A stretch of 64,000 bases of DNA from an uncultured Oscillospiraceae bacterium. GTDB taxonomy: Bacteria > Bacillota > Clostridia > Oscillospirales > Oscillospiraceae. The translations under genes were made by a program, and so were the position numbers. This document shows positions 37,032 to 45,292 of this stretch, in pieces; within the stretch, counting starts at the first letter, position 1; each line of letters begins with the position of its first letter. The notes beneath the pieces are model-generated. The model had not been told where the DNA came from. It saw nothing but the letters and a program-made list of their open reading frames with translations, and made no database searches. The stretch covers positions 3,938-67,937 of the forward strand of contig CAYVWG010000001.1 in NCBI GenBank assembly GCA_964455425.1, read 5' to 3'.

Positions 37032-38206
37032 AGCTGGACTACTCTGACATTCACTTTAAAAACAACGGAAAGTGCAAGCTATTGATCCTGGTGGGTACCC
37101 GGCCGGAGATCATCCGTCTTTCCGCCGTGATTGAAAAATGCCGCCGGTATTTTGATTGCCTGCTGGCCCATACCGGGCAGAACTATGATTATACGCTCAA
37201 CGGGATTTTCTTTCACGATCTCCATATAGCGCCGCCGGATGTATACATGCAGGCCGTAGGGGACGATCTGGGACAAACCCTGGGCAATATCATCAGCGGC
37301 TCTTATGCGCTTATGGCACAGTGCCGTCCGGACGCGGTGCTGATTTTAGGCGACACCAACTCCTGCCTGTCCGCCATTGCTGCCAAGCGGCTGCATATTC
37401 CCATCTTCCACATGGAGGCGGGAAACCGCTGCAAGGATGAGTGTCTGCCGGAGGAGACGAACCGGCGGATCGTGGATATTATCTCGGATGTAAATCTGGC
37501 CTACTCTGAGCACGCCAGAAAATATCTCCACGAATGTGGCCTACCCAAAGAGCGGGTATTTGTCACCGGATCGCCCATGGCGGAGGTGCTTCACCGGAAC
37601 CTGGCGGAAATTGAGCGAAGCGATGTGCTGAAACGGTTGGGCTTGTCGCCCCAAAAGTATATCCTTTTATCTGCTCACCGGGAGGAAAATATCGACACAG
37701 AAAAGAATTTCACCTCTCTTTTTACCGCCATCAATCAGTTGGCCCAGCAATATGATCTGCCCATTTTATATTCCTGTCATCCCAGAAGCCGGCAGCGGTT
37801 GGAAAAATCCGGCTTTGTCCTAAATCAGCGGGTGATCCCCCATGAGCCATTGGGCTTTCATGACTATAACCACCTGCAAATGAACGCCTTCGCCGTAATT
37901 TCCGACAGCGGCACGCTGCCGGAGGAAAGCAGCTTTTTTACCAGCATCGGCAAGCCCTTCCCTGCGGTGTGTATCCGTACCTCCACCGAGCGGCCCGAGG
38001 CGCTGGACAAAGGCTGTTTTGTCCTGGCGGGCATCTCCACGGCCAGCCTTCTCCAGGCGGTTGCTCTGGCCGTGGAGATGAACCGCTCTGGCGACAATGG
38101 CCTTCCCGTACCCGACTATGTGGAGGAAAATGTTTCCACCAAAGTCGTTAAGCTGATCCAGTCTTACACCGGCGTGGTCAACAAAATGGTCTGGCGAAAG
38201 GAATAA
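37028..38206 (+). CDS. UDP-N-acetylglucosamine 2-epimerase (non-hydrolysing, WecB/Cap5G-like)
   Basis: VGTRPEIIRLS, LGDTNS and HMEAGNR motifs; 392 aa. ATGA overlap. Confidence 0.88.
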   Translation: MKLDYSDIHFKNNGKCKLLILVGTRPEIIRLSAVIEKCRRYFDCLLAHTGQNYDYTLNGIFFHDLHIAPPDVYMQAVGDDLGQTLGNIISGSYALMAQCRPDAVLILGDTNSCLSAIAAKRLHIPIFHMEAGNRCKDECLPEETNRRIVDIISDVNLAYSEHARKYLHECGLPKERVFVTGSPMAEVLHRNLAEIERSDVLKRLGLSPQKYILLSAHREENIDTEKNFTSLFTAINQLAQQYDLPILYSCHPRSRQRLEKSGFVLNQRVIPHEPLGFHDYNHLQMNAFAVISDSGTLPEESSFFTSIGKPFPAVCIRTSTERPEALDKGCFVLAGISTASLLQAVALAVEMNRSGDNGLPVPDYVEENVSTKVVKLIQSYTGVVNKMVWRKE

Positions 38207-38263
38207 GGATACCCCCCTTGTGACAGGCGGAGGATTGGCATCGATCGCCAATCCTCCCCAAAT

Positions 38264-38313
38264 AAAGAAAAAACACGGCAGCTTGTTGAACGGTAGATCA
38301 ACAAGCTGCCGTG
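38264..38313 (-). terminator. Intrinsic terminator after the polyferredoxin gene; may also serve the convergent epimerase gene
   Basis: 16-bp perfect stem (cacggcagcttgttga / tcaacaagctgccgtg) followed on the minus strand by TTTTTTCTTT. Confidence 0.75.
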
Positions 38314-38317
38314 ATCT

Positions 38318-39229
38318 TTATGAAATCCGTGTTGCCCCCAGGAAGAAGGCGATCAATACCAACACGGCTGCTTTTCCCACGGTGATCAGCACCCCTCCGA
38401 CAAAGGAGGTTTTTGCGCCGCAGGTAATATTTTGCTTGGGGCAAACCCCAACGCATTTATCGCAGCGGATGCAATCGCCGGCATTTTCTCCCACCCCCAG
38501 CGTGTGTCCTACCGGACAAGTTTTTGCGCAGGCGGAGCAGCCTTTTAGGCAGCTATCCGTGTCCCGCTTCAGCACGCTCCAGGGCAAGATGGGCAATAGG
38601 CGGAACACCGCACCCATGGGACACAAAAATCGACAGAAAAAGCGAGGCTCCAAGGCCATGCCTACCAAAATCAGCACAAGAAGGATAGTGCCCAGGATAT
38701 AGCCTCCCAAGCGAAGGTTCAGCGTGGTAAGCATGGAAAATACATCCCAAGGACTCCAGCCTGTAAGGCTTGCGTATACCCCAAGGGTACAAAGCAAAAC
38801 AATCGCAAACAGGAGCAAAAACGGGAAATAATTCAGCACCCGGACAAGCGCGCCCGGCAATCTCGGCCCCTTCTTTTTGGTTTTCTTTCGCACCTTCTCC
38901 CTGAGGAAATACACCAAATCGCCCAGTGCCCCAAAGGGACAGGCAAACCCGCAGAAAAACCGGCCAAACACCATGGTAAACAGGCAAAGGGCCAAAAGCG
39001 TCTGCACAAAGCCGGTGAAGGCCAACGGCTGTCCCTGGCCAATGGCGGTAAACAGCTGCTTAACGCCGGTAAAGGCGGAGGTAAACAACGCCGGAGCCAG
39101 CAGGAAAAATACGATCTGTATGGCAGCGCGGAGAATCGCCTTGCGGCTGTTCTCCCGTTTTCTGCGCTGGGCAGGCGTTAACGGTTGGATTTCCCCCCGC
39201 TGCCTTTGGGTTTGTTTGCTATCGATCAT
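38318..39229 (-). CDS. NapH/MauN-like membrane-bound polyferredoxin (4Fe-4S binding protein)
   Basis: Several TM helices; Cys motifs CGFACPFG, CRFLCPMG, CLKGCSACAKTCP and CIRCDKCVGVCP. Confidence 0.8.
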   Translation of the reverse strand: MIDSKQTQRQRGEIQPLTPAQRRKRENSRKAILRAAIQIVFFLLAPALFTSAFTGVKQLFTAIGQGQPLAFTGFVQTLLALCLFTMVFGRFFCGFACPFGALGDLVYFLREKVRKKTKKKGPRLPGALVRVLNYFPFLLLFAIVLLCTLGVYASLTGWSPWDVFSMLTTLNLRLGGYILGTILLVLILVGMALEPRFFCRFLCPMGAVFRLLPILPWSVLKRDTDSCLKGCSACAKTCPVGHTLGVGENAGDCIRCDKCVGVCPKQNITCGAKTSFVGGVLITVGKAAVLVLIAFFLGATRIS

Positions 39230-39711
39230 GCTGCCTCCCCCGCCTGTCTCAGGGCTTCTTTAACCGCTTCCCGAATACCTGTGGAGCTAAACGTAGCGCC
39301 GGTGATCGTATCCACATCCGCCGACTGGGCGCTAAGTATGCGGTCGATCATGCCGGTTGCTTCGGCAAAATACACCTCGTCCTCTCCATCGTGAGCATCC
39401 ACGGTGATCTCCGTGATTTGGCCGCCGGACAAGGTCACCGTTACGGTGATTTCCCCGCCGAAGCCTTGACCAGAGCCGGTATAGCTTCCGTCTGCGTACC
39501 GCTGCCCGGCGCCGGTGGCCTCCGTTTGCTGATCCTGTTTCGCCTGCTCGGCCAAAATTTCCGCGTTATACGCCTCTGCCGCCTGGACTTGCGCCCGGTT
39601 TTCCTCGGTTTGCCGCTGCCAAGCCATGGCGCGCACTTGGTACGCAGCGCCCATGGCCAGGATCAAAACCAAGCATATCCCCCGAAGGATCCACTGCTTT
39701 TGTTCCGTCAT
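39226..39711 (-). CDS. FMN-binding domain protein with one predicted flavinylation site, membrane-anchored
   Basis: N-terminal TM helix; GSGQGFGGEITVTVTLSGGQITEITV ... DTITGATFSSTGI (ApbE target motif Dxx[ST]GAT). Confidence 0.85.
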   Translation of the reverse strand: MTEQKQWILRGICLVLILAMGAAYQVRAMAWQRQTEENRAQVQAAEAYNAEILAEQAKQDQQTEATGAGQRYADGSYTGSGQGFGGEITVTVTLSGGQITEITVDAHDGEDEVYFAEATGMIDRILSAQSADVDTITGATFSSTGIREAVKEALRQAGEAA

Positions 39712-39722
39712 TTTTGCTCCTC

Positions 39723-41459
39723 CTATTGTGTCAGGTCAAGCTGTTCCACAGTCTGCCCCAACTCGACCCCTCGCATGGCAGCATGCCAGGCAAGCTTGAT
39801 GCCTTGGGAAGAACAGGTAGCGCCGGATACGGCGTCAATGTCGATTATCCCTTCCATCATCTGGGCCTTTAGCCCGCTAAGCGCGCGGTTGAGGAAGCTT
39901 AGGTTGGTGCTGTCGGTGTCGGCGGAAACGGAGATCTCCTGCACCGACCGCTGGGTAACCGTGGTTTGTATGTTATGTTCCACGGTGATCGTCTTTTTTA
40001 CGGCAATCGTAGCGGTCAGGGTGATGGAATAATCCCAGAAATCCTCATATTTGTCGGCACTGACCGTTGCGCTGCCGGTGTAGGTTTCGGTAAATTCCTC
40101 TACCGTGGGCTTCACGTCCTCCACCGGTGTATCCTCCGGCACGTCGGGAGGATCGATATCTTCCGGCACCTGGATTGTCTCCACCGTTTTTCCCAGGGCG
40201 ACATTTTCCATAGCCGCTTTCCACGCCTCCCGGATGCCTTTGGATGAGCAGGTGGCCCCGGATATGGCGTCAATGGTGTCTCCGCCGCTAAGCAGCTGCG
40301 GCTTTAGCCCGTTAAAGGCCCGGTTAAGATAGGCAAGGTTTGTGGCATCTGTATCCGCAGTGGCGGAAACATCCGTCACTGTGCGCTCTGTAACAACCGT
40401 TTGCAGGCCGTCCTTCACCGTGGTTTCTCTCTTGACAGAAACCGTCACAGTCAATGTAAGGGCATAGTCCCAAAAGTCCTCATATTCGTCTGCAAGCACC
40501 ATGGCTGTGCCAACATATGTTTCCGTGAATACCTCTATCCCTGGGGCCGGAGGATCCACCGGCAATACCCCAGGCTCTGTAGGTGTAGGTTCTGTAGGCA
40601 CAGGCTCTGTAGGCGTAGGTTCCGTGGGCTTCGGCGTAGGCTCTTCCTGCTGGGATGCCTTTGCCCCGGACAGGGCATTGGCTACCGCCTGCAAAATGCC
40701 ATTGGAGCTGTAGGTTGCGCCGGACACCGCGTCCACATTGGGGCTTTGGGCCTGCAAAATGGCGGAGATCACCGCCTTGGCCTTAGCAAAATAGGAGGCG
40801 GTTTCACCAGGCGCGGACAACACGGAAACATCCGTGATTTTGCCGCCGGAAATGGTCACCTGCATGGTAATTGTGCCACCAAAGCCTTGGGCAGAGCCGG
40901 TATATACGCCGTCTTTATACCCGCCTGTCGGCTCCTGGTAGGTAACCTGGGTGGGGGCGCTCCCCCCGCCGGAGGCCGTGGTTTTTGCCTGGGTCAGATT
41001 GTCCATTTCCCCGGTAAGGGCATTTCTCACCGCAGCCTTAATGCCGTTGGAGCTATAGGTAGCCCCGGAAATCCCATCGACCTCCCAGGTTTGGGCAGCA
41101 AGGATAAGATCAATAACGCCCTTGGCCCGGGTAAAAAACTGGGCGGTTTCTCCCGGGGCGGAAAGGATGTCAATTTTGGTGATCTGCCCATTTTCCACAG
41201 TCACAGACACCTTGATCTGCCCGCCATAGCCGGTGCCGGTGCCGGTATAGACGCCGTCCGGATAGTCCCCTTCCGCCTGCGGAAGGGCATCTTCCGTTTC
41301 CCCTGACGGCGTAGTTTCTGCCGCAAGGGCAGCGGGGACAAGCTCCAACCGCGCGGGAATTTCCATCAGGCTGGGCGCGGTTGCGCAACCAAGAATCAAC
41401 GCGCCCACTACCAGCGCAGGCAGCAGCGGCTGAAGCAACCCTTTTATTTTTGCTTTCAC
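39723..41459 (-). CDS. Multi-FMN-binding-domain protein with four predicted flavinylation sites
   Basis: Four [ST]GAT sites (GISGATYSSNGI, AVSGATYSSNGI, AISGATCSSKGI, AVSGATCSSQGI), a signal/anchor sequence and a TEP-repeat linker. Probable GTG start at 41459 after GGGAGGAAAG; the ORF track starts at a TTG at 41477. Confidence 0.85.
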   Translation of the reverse strand: MKAKIKGLLQPLLPALVVGALILGCATAPSLMEIPARLELVPAALAAETTPSGETEDALPQAEGDYPDGVYTGTGTGYGGQIKVSVTVENGQITKIDILSAPGETAQFFTRAKGVIDLILAAQTWEVDGISGATYSSNGIKAAVRNALTGEMDNLTQAKTTASGGGSAPTQVTYQEPTGGYKDGVYTGSAQGFGGTITMQVTISGGKITDVSVLSAPGETASYFAKAKAVISAILQAQSPNVDAVSGATYSSNGILQAVANALSGAKASQQEEPTPKPTEPTPTEPVPTEPTPTEPGVLPVDPPAPGIEVFTETYVGTAMVLADEYEDFWDYALTLTVTVSVKRETTVKDGLQTVVTERTVTDVSATADTDATNLAYLNRAFNGLKPQLLSGGDTIDAISGATCSSKGIREAWKAAMENVALGKTVETIQVPEDIDPPDVPEDTPVEDVKPTVEEFTETYTGSATVSADKYEDFWDYSITLTATIAVKKTITVEHNIQTTVTQRSVQEISVSADTDSTNLSFLNRALSGLKAQMMEGIIDIDAVSGATCSSQGIKLAWHAAMRGVELGQTVEQLDLTQ

Positions 41460-41460
41460 T

Positions 41461-41970
41461 TTACTTTCCTCCCACAAAATTGGCGTCTTTTAAGCGGATA
41501 TAAAGAAATTGTGCCGCAAGGCCGGTAAGCGTTCCGGTGATTAGCCCGGAGATCATCAGCACCGGCGCGTAATACCATACGGTGCCGGTACCCATTACCA
41601 CCGTTGCCGCAAGCAGCTGCCCCACGTTATGGGCCATGGCCCCAAGGATACTGACCACCCAAATCTGCTTGGCCGTGACCAGCCGCCGAAACAGCAGCGA
41701 GACCAGAAAGCACAGAAACCCGCCGCTAAGACTGTAAATGAGCGACATCATTGACCCGGAAAACAGGCTGCCAAGCAAAATACGGGCAAGCAGGATCATG
41801 GCCGTCTCCCCTGAGCCTAGGGTAAACATGGCCCACACGGTGACAATATTGGCCAATCCCAGCTTCATGCCAGGAATCGGCGCCAACGCCGGGATCCGTG
41901 CCTCTACGATAAAAATGGTTAACGCAATGGTTGTTAAAAGCGCCATGCGGGTAAGACGTTTTACCTTCAT
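41461..41970 (-). CDS. Gx transporter family protein (heptaprenyl diphosphate synthase component I-like, PF07456)
   Basis: 169-aa product with 5 TM helices. The N-terminal LTRMALLTTIALTIFIVEARIP..IPGMKLGLANI pattern is typical of the family. Confidence 0.82.
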   Translation of the reverse strand: MKVKRLTRMALLTTIALTIFIVEARIPALAPIPGMKLGLANIVTVWAMFTLGSGETAMILLARILLGSLFSGSMMSLIYSLSGGFLCFLVSLLFRRLVTAKQIWVVSILGAMAHNVGQLLAATVVMGTGTVWYYAPVLMISGLITGTLTGLAAQFLYIRLKDANFVGGK

Positions 41971-41979
41971 CTTGATCTC

Positions 41980-42363
41980 CTATCCAACAACGGCGTCGAT
42001 TGGCGAACCATCGACCTGGGGGGTATTTTCCATCTGAATGGACAGCTTAGCCGGCAGGCAAACGATGGGCCGCAGCCCGTTGGAGATCCAGCCGGTATCC
42101 ACGCACACCTGATCCGGGCAGTTGGCCTCGGCAATCCGGATGCGGCCAGGCTCCACCTCAACTAGATTTTCATGGCCGTGGCTGTCAGTTATGGAAAAGC
42201 TATAGCTTTCCGTTACATCTGACAGATCTATGGAGCAGATACATTGCCCATCCTGATATATATTGGCAATGTGGCCGGTTTTCTGACGCATTAGCAGCCA
42301 CGCTGCGCAAAGAAGCAAGACAAAAAGCGCCAGAAAGCAGAGAATCCAGGTTTTAGTCTTCAT
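41980..42363 (-). CDS. NusG domain II-containing (DUF1312) membrane-anchored protein
   Basis: N-terminal TM helix, then the ...NCPDQVCV..GWI......IVCLP motif characteristic of NusG_II proteins. Confidence 0.82.
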   Translation of the reverse strand: MKTKTWILCFLALFVLLLCAAWLLMRQKTGHIANIYQDGQCICSIDLSDVTESYSFSITDSHGHENLVEVEPGRIRIAEANCPDQVCVDTGWISNGLRPIVCLPAKLSIQMENTPQVDGSPIDAVVG

Positions 42364-43477
42364 AGGGAACCACCGTCAACTCGGCATTCTCGTAGGCGCC
42401 GATGGGCGTAAATTGCTCCGCTGCCCCTTCCGACACATACAAGCTGCCGTCCTCCGCGATCAGCACAAATTCAAAGCCGCCTTCCGCTCGCCAATATGCC
42501 ACAGCGTCCTCCAGGCCCATAACAAACAGCGCCGTGCTAAGCCCGTCGCCCAAAAACGCCTCCTCTGACAGCACCGTTACGGAGATCAGCCCATTTTTCG
42601 CCGGAGTTCCTGTTTTAGGATCCAAAATGTGCCAATAAATTTCGCCGTCTTCCCCTTCAAAAAAGCGCTCATAGCCGCCGGTGGTATCGATGGCTCCTTC
42701 ACCGATCTCCAGAACACCGGCAAGGGCAGACGTGTCTTGGGGATCTTGAATGGCAATGCGCCAGTTGCTGCCATCAGGCTTAACGCCCACTGTGCGGATC
42801 GTGCTGGAGCCAAGGTTCAATAAGGCAGACTCCACGCCCCGTTCCTTTAGCAGCGCTGCGGACAGATCGCCGGCATAGCCCTTGGCCACCGCGCCCATAT
42901 CCAGCTCTGCAGAGAGGGGAAGCTGCACCGTTTGCGATGCCGGATCTAGCTGAACCTGGCGGTCGTCCACAAAGGCGAGCAGCTGGTCCAGCTCCTCCTT
43001 GGAGGGGATTTGATATTCTCCTGTTGTAAAGCCCCACGCCCGGGACACAGGATAAATGGTCATATCCAGCGCTTCACCTACAGAGGCGGAAAGCGCCAGG
43101 GATTTTTCCAGCAGCGTGTAGGTCTGGGGGGAAACGGAAACGGCCTGCCCCTGGCTATGGTTTAGGGCATAAATTTCGCTGCTTTCCTCCGTCACAGAAA
43201 GAAGGCCGTCCAACTGCTGCAGCAAACCGGACACCTCCGACAGCGCCTGCTGCCCGTTAGGGCCGTAGGCGGTAAGCTCCATATAGGTGTCCATGGCAAA
43301 CACTTGAGCGTCAAAGGCGGCGTCTGCGGCAACCTCTTGGGTATCTGATGGAGCAAAATCCTCCGATACAGCTTCCACTGGCTCAGCTTGACCGCCTGAG
43401 GCATTGGAAGATACACCGGAAGCGCAACCCGATAGCAATAGGCAAAGCGCAAGGCAGTACAGATATTTTCGTTTCAT
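42353..43477 (-). CDS. apbE: FAD:protein FMN transferase (ApbE family) lipoprotein
   Basis: Lipobox LLLSGC after the ATG at 43477 (RBS AGAGGGG). ApbE motifs include FAMDTYM, GAVAKGYA, the GAIDTTGGYER region and HILDPKTG. Confidence 0.9.
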   Translation of the reverse strand: MKRKYLYCLALCLLLSGCASGVSSNASGGQAEPVEAVSEDFAPSDTQEVAADAAFDAQVFAMDTYMELTAYGPNGQQALSEVSGLLQQLDGLLSVTEESSEIYALNHSQGQAVSVSPQTYTLLEKSLALSASVGEALDMTIYPVSRAWGFTTGEYQIPSKEELDQLLAFVDDRQVQLDPASQTVQLPLSAELDMGAVAKGYAGDLSAALLKERGVESALLNLGSSTIRTVGVKPDGSNWRIAIQDPQDTSALAGVLEIGEGAIDTTGGYERFFEGEDGEIYWHILDPKTGTPAKNGLISVTVLSEEAFLGDGLSTALFVMGLEDAVAYWRAEGGFEFVLIAEDGSLYVSEGAAEQFTPIGAYENAELTVVPYED

Positions 43478-43586
43478 GGATACCCCTCTTTTCATTGGGG
43501 CTGCCCCACGTTTAGGATGGGGCAGCCCTTTTTTGTTGATCTTATACCATCACTGCTGAAATGTCAAAGACTTTCGGCAAATTCAG

Positions 43587-45215
43587 TCATTCGCTCAGCG
43601 TCACATTGATGGTGGCAAAATTATCGCTGCCAATTGCGGCGGAGATAACGCCGCCTTCACCAGCTTCCGTCATTTTCGCCACATCCAAAGCAACGGTTTC
43701 GGCAACCGCGCCGGAATACACCTCAACCTTGGTGGCTTCACGGCCAGAGCCGATGGTATATGTCACGGTCAAAACTGCATTTTCCAGGCCTTCCGGCAGC
43801 TGGTTCAGGGTCAGGACGCTCTGATCGGCGGCTACCGTGCCGCTAACTGTGCCGGTATAGATGGGCTTGATGTAAATGCCGGCAAATTCATACACATACA
43901 CCCCATCGGGCATAATGTAGGTGATCTTTGTGACCGTCTCTCCTTCCAGCTTATCCAGCTCTGCTACGTTGTCCCACTGGGTGATGTGGGTGTTGTGAGT
44001 GTTGTCCTTGCTGACATTGAAGGAAACCTCATAGGGCTGCACCCAAATGCTCTGCAGGTATTCCATACCAACCTTCAAACCGGAGGCGGTTTCCAAAATA
44101 ATGCCCTGGATATAGGAGTTTACCGGGAAGTTGTCATCACGGGAGTTGCGCAGAATCGATACGCCCTCCGGATCGGTCACATTGATCTGGTAGTCGCCCC
44201 AAACCGAGCCGGTTTGCAGCTCCGCCGTGGCGTTGGTAATGGTCTGCACCACATTGTATTGCGTGGCGGAATAGGCCGCCTTGCCGTTGGAAACCGTCAC
44301 AAGCTTATACTGGGCGGGTTCCTCTTCCAACACGGTGAAGGTGGGGTTGATGGCCGTGTAGGCCTCCACGTCGGAAGCGGCCACGGCTACATTGACATTC
44401 TGGACGCCCAGAATATGGTAGCCGTCTGCGTTGGTCTCAGCGTCTACAAAATCGGTGTAGGCGTTTTTTAAGGTACCGTACTTGGTGTTGGTGGCGGAGG
44501 TAATTGCGTCATAGGCATCCGTGCTGGACACATCCCCTGCGTAGAACTCTCCGTAGGTCAGTGTGGCAGTGCCATACACCAGGTCTCCCACCGCTATGGA
44601 CTGGCTGCGATACAGGAAGGTCACAATTTCCGCTCTGGTGCAGGTGTTGTTCGGAGCAAAGATAGTGGCGGAGGTTCCCTTGGTGATGCCGTTTTCTACC
44701 GCCCAAAGCATGGCGTCATAGTAGTAGGCGCCAGCCTGCACATCGGTAAAGGCGCTCTCTGTGCCGATGGGTTCAGGGGTTCCCTTGGCCCTGTGCAGGA
44801 AGGTAACCACCTCTGCTCTGGTGCAGGTGTTGTTCGGGGTAAAGTTAGTGGCGGAGGTTCCCTTGGTGATGCCATTTTCTACTGCCCAAAGCATGGCATC
44901 ATAGTAGTAGGCGCCAGCCTGCACATCGGTAAAGGCGCTCTGCGTGTCGCTCGGCGCCGGGCTGCCCTGGGCACGCCAAAGGAAGGTAACAACCTCAGCG
45001 CGGGTACAGGTGACATCCGGGCTAAATGTGGTTTCGCTGGTGCCCTTAGTAATGTTGTTTTCTACTGCCCATGCAACCGCCTGCGCGTAGTAGCCATTGG
45101 TAGGCACATCCGTGAACGGCGCCACAAAGGCGTCATCTGCCGCAAACACGGCAGGCGCTAAGCTCAGCATCATGGCAAAAACCAGCAGCAGGCTCAGCAA
45201 ACGTTTTGTTTTCAT
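43587..45215 (-). CDS. SLH-domain cell-wall-anchored protein: signal peptide, 3 SLH repeats, unassigned C-terminal domain of about 330 aa
   Basis: Signal peptide MKTKRLLSLLLVFAMMLSLAPAVFA, then three FTDV....YY..A..WAVENGITKGTS...F.P...CTRAE.VTFL repeats. Confidence 0.9.
   Translation of the reverse strand: MKTKRLLSLLLVFAMMLSLAPAVFAADDAFVAPFTDVPTNGYYAQAVAWAVENNITKGTSETTFSPDVTCTRAEVVTFLWRAQGSPAPSDTQSAFTDVQAGAYYYDAMLWAVENGITKGTSATNFTPNNTCTRAEVVTFLHRAKGTPEPIGTESAFTDVQAGAYYYDAMLWAVENGITKGTSATIFAPNNTCTRAEIVTFLYRSQSIAVGDLVYGTATLTYGEFYAGDVSSTDAYDAITSATNTKYGTLKNAYTDFVDAETNADGYHILGVQNVNVAVAASDVEAYTAINPTFTVLEEEPAQYKLVTVSNGKAAYSATQYNVVQTITNATAELQTGSVWGDYQINVTDPEGVSILRNSRDDNFPVNSYIQGIILETASGLKVGMEYLQSIWVQPYEVSFNVSKDNTHNTHITQWDNVAELDKLEGETVTKITYIMPDGVYVYEFAGIYIKPIYTGTVSGTVAADQSVLTLNQLPEGLENAVLTVTYTIGSGREATKVEVYSGAVAETVALDVAKMTEAGEGGVISAAIGSDNFATINVTLSE
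44604..45119 (-). repeat. Three tandem coding repeats with a 183-nt period (SLH modules); copies 2 and 3 nearly identical
   Basis: aa 93-142 and aa 154-203 differ at only a few positions. The DNA copies at about 44790-44939 and 44607-44756 are roughly 90 percent or more identical by eye. Confidence 0.85.
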
Positions 45216-45239
45216 TCGTACACCTCTTCATCAAGATTA

Positions 45240-45285
45240 GTTAGCATAAACTAACCCATGGTCAAAAAAGTTAGCGGCCGCTAAC
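45240..45285 (-). promoter_or_regulatory. Two GTTAGC-N4-GCTAAC-type 16-bp palindromes, 30 bp centre to centre, in the SLH gene leader
   Basis: 45270-45285 is gttagcggccgctaac (perfect). 45240-45255 is gttagcataaactaac (one arm imperfect). The first begins at about +1 of the promoter and is followed by T6 on the minus strand. Confidence 0.45.
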
Positions 45286-45292
45286 CTCGGGT

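Noticed and set aside
38229-38257. 11-bp-stem hairpin (ggaggattggc / gccaatcctcc) after the epimerase gene
   Set aside because: There is no U-tract on either strand. The adjacent 16-bp hairpin at 38274-38313 is the better terminator candidate.
40560-40650. Short periodic DNA repeats (and the SLH repeats at 44604-45119), checked as possible CRISPR or other non-coding arrays
   Set aside because: They are in-frame coding repeats (a TEP-rich linker and SLH modules) with no spacer-repeat organisation. No cas genes are in the window.
43497-43534. Hairpin (ggggctgcccca / tggggcagccc) with T6, between the SLH gene and apbE
   Set aside because: The T-tract follows the stem only on the plus strand, while both flanking genes are on the minus strand, so it is not a canonical terminator for them. 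It is kept only as context in the SLH finding.
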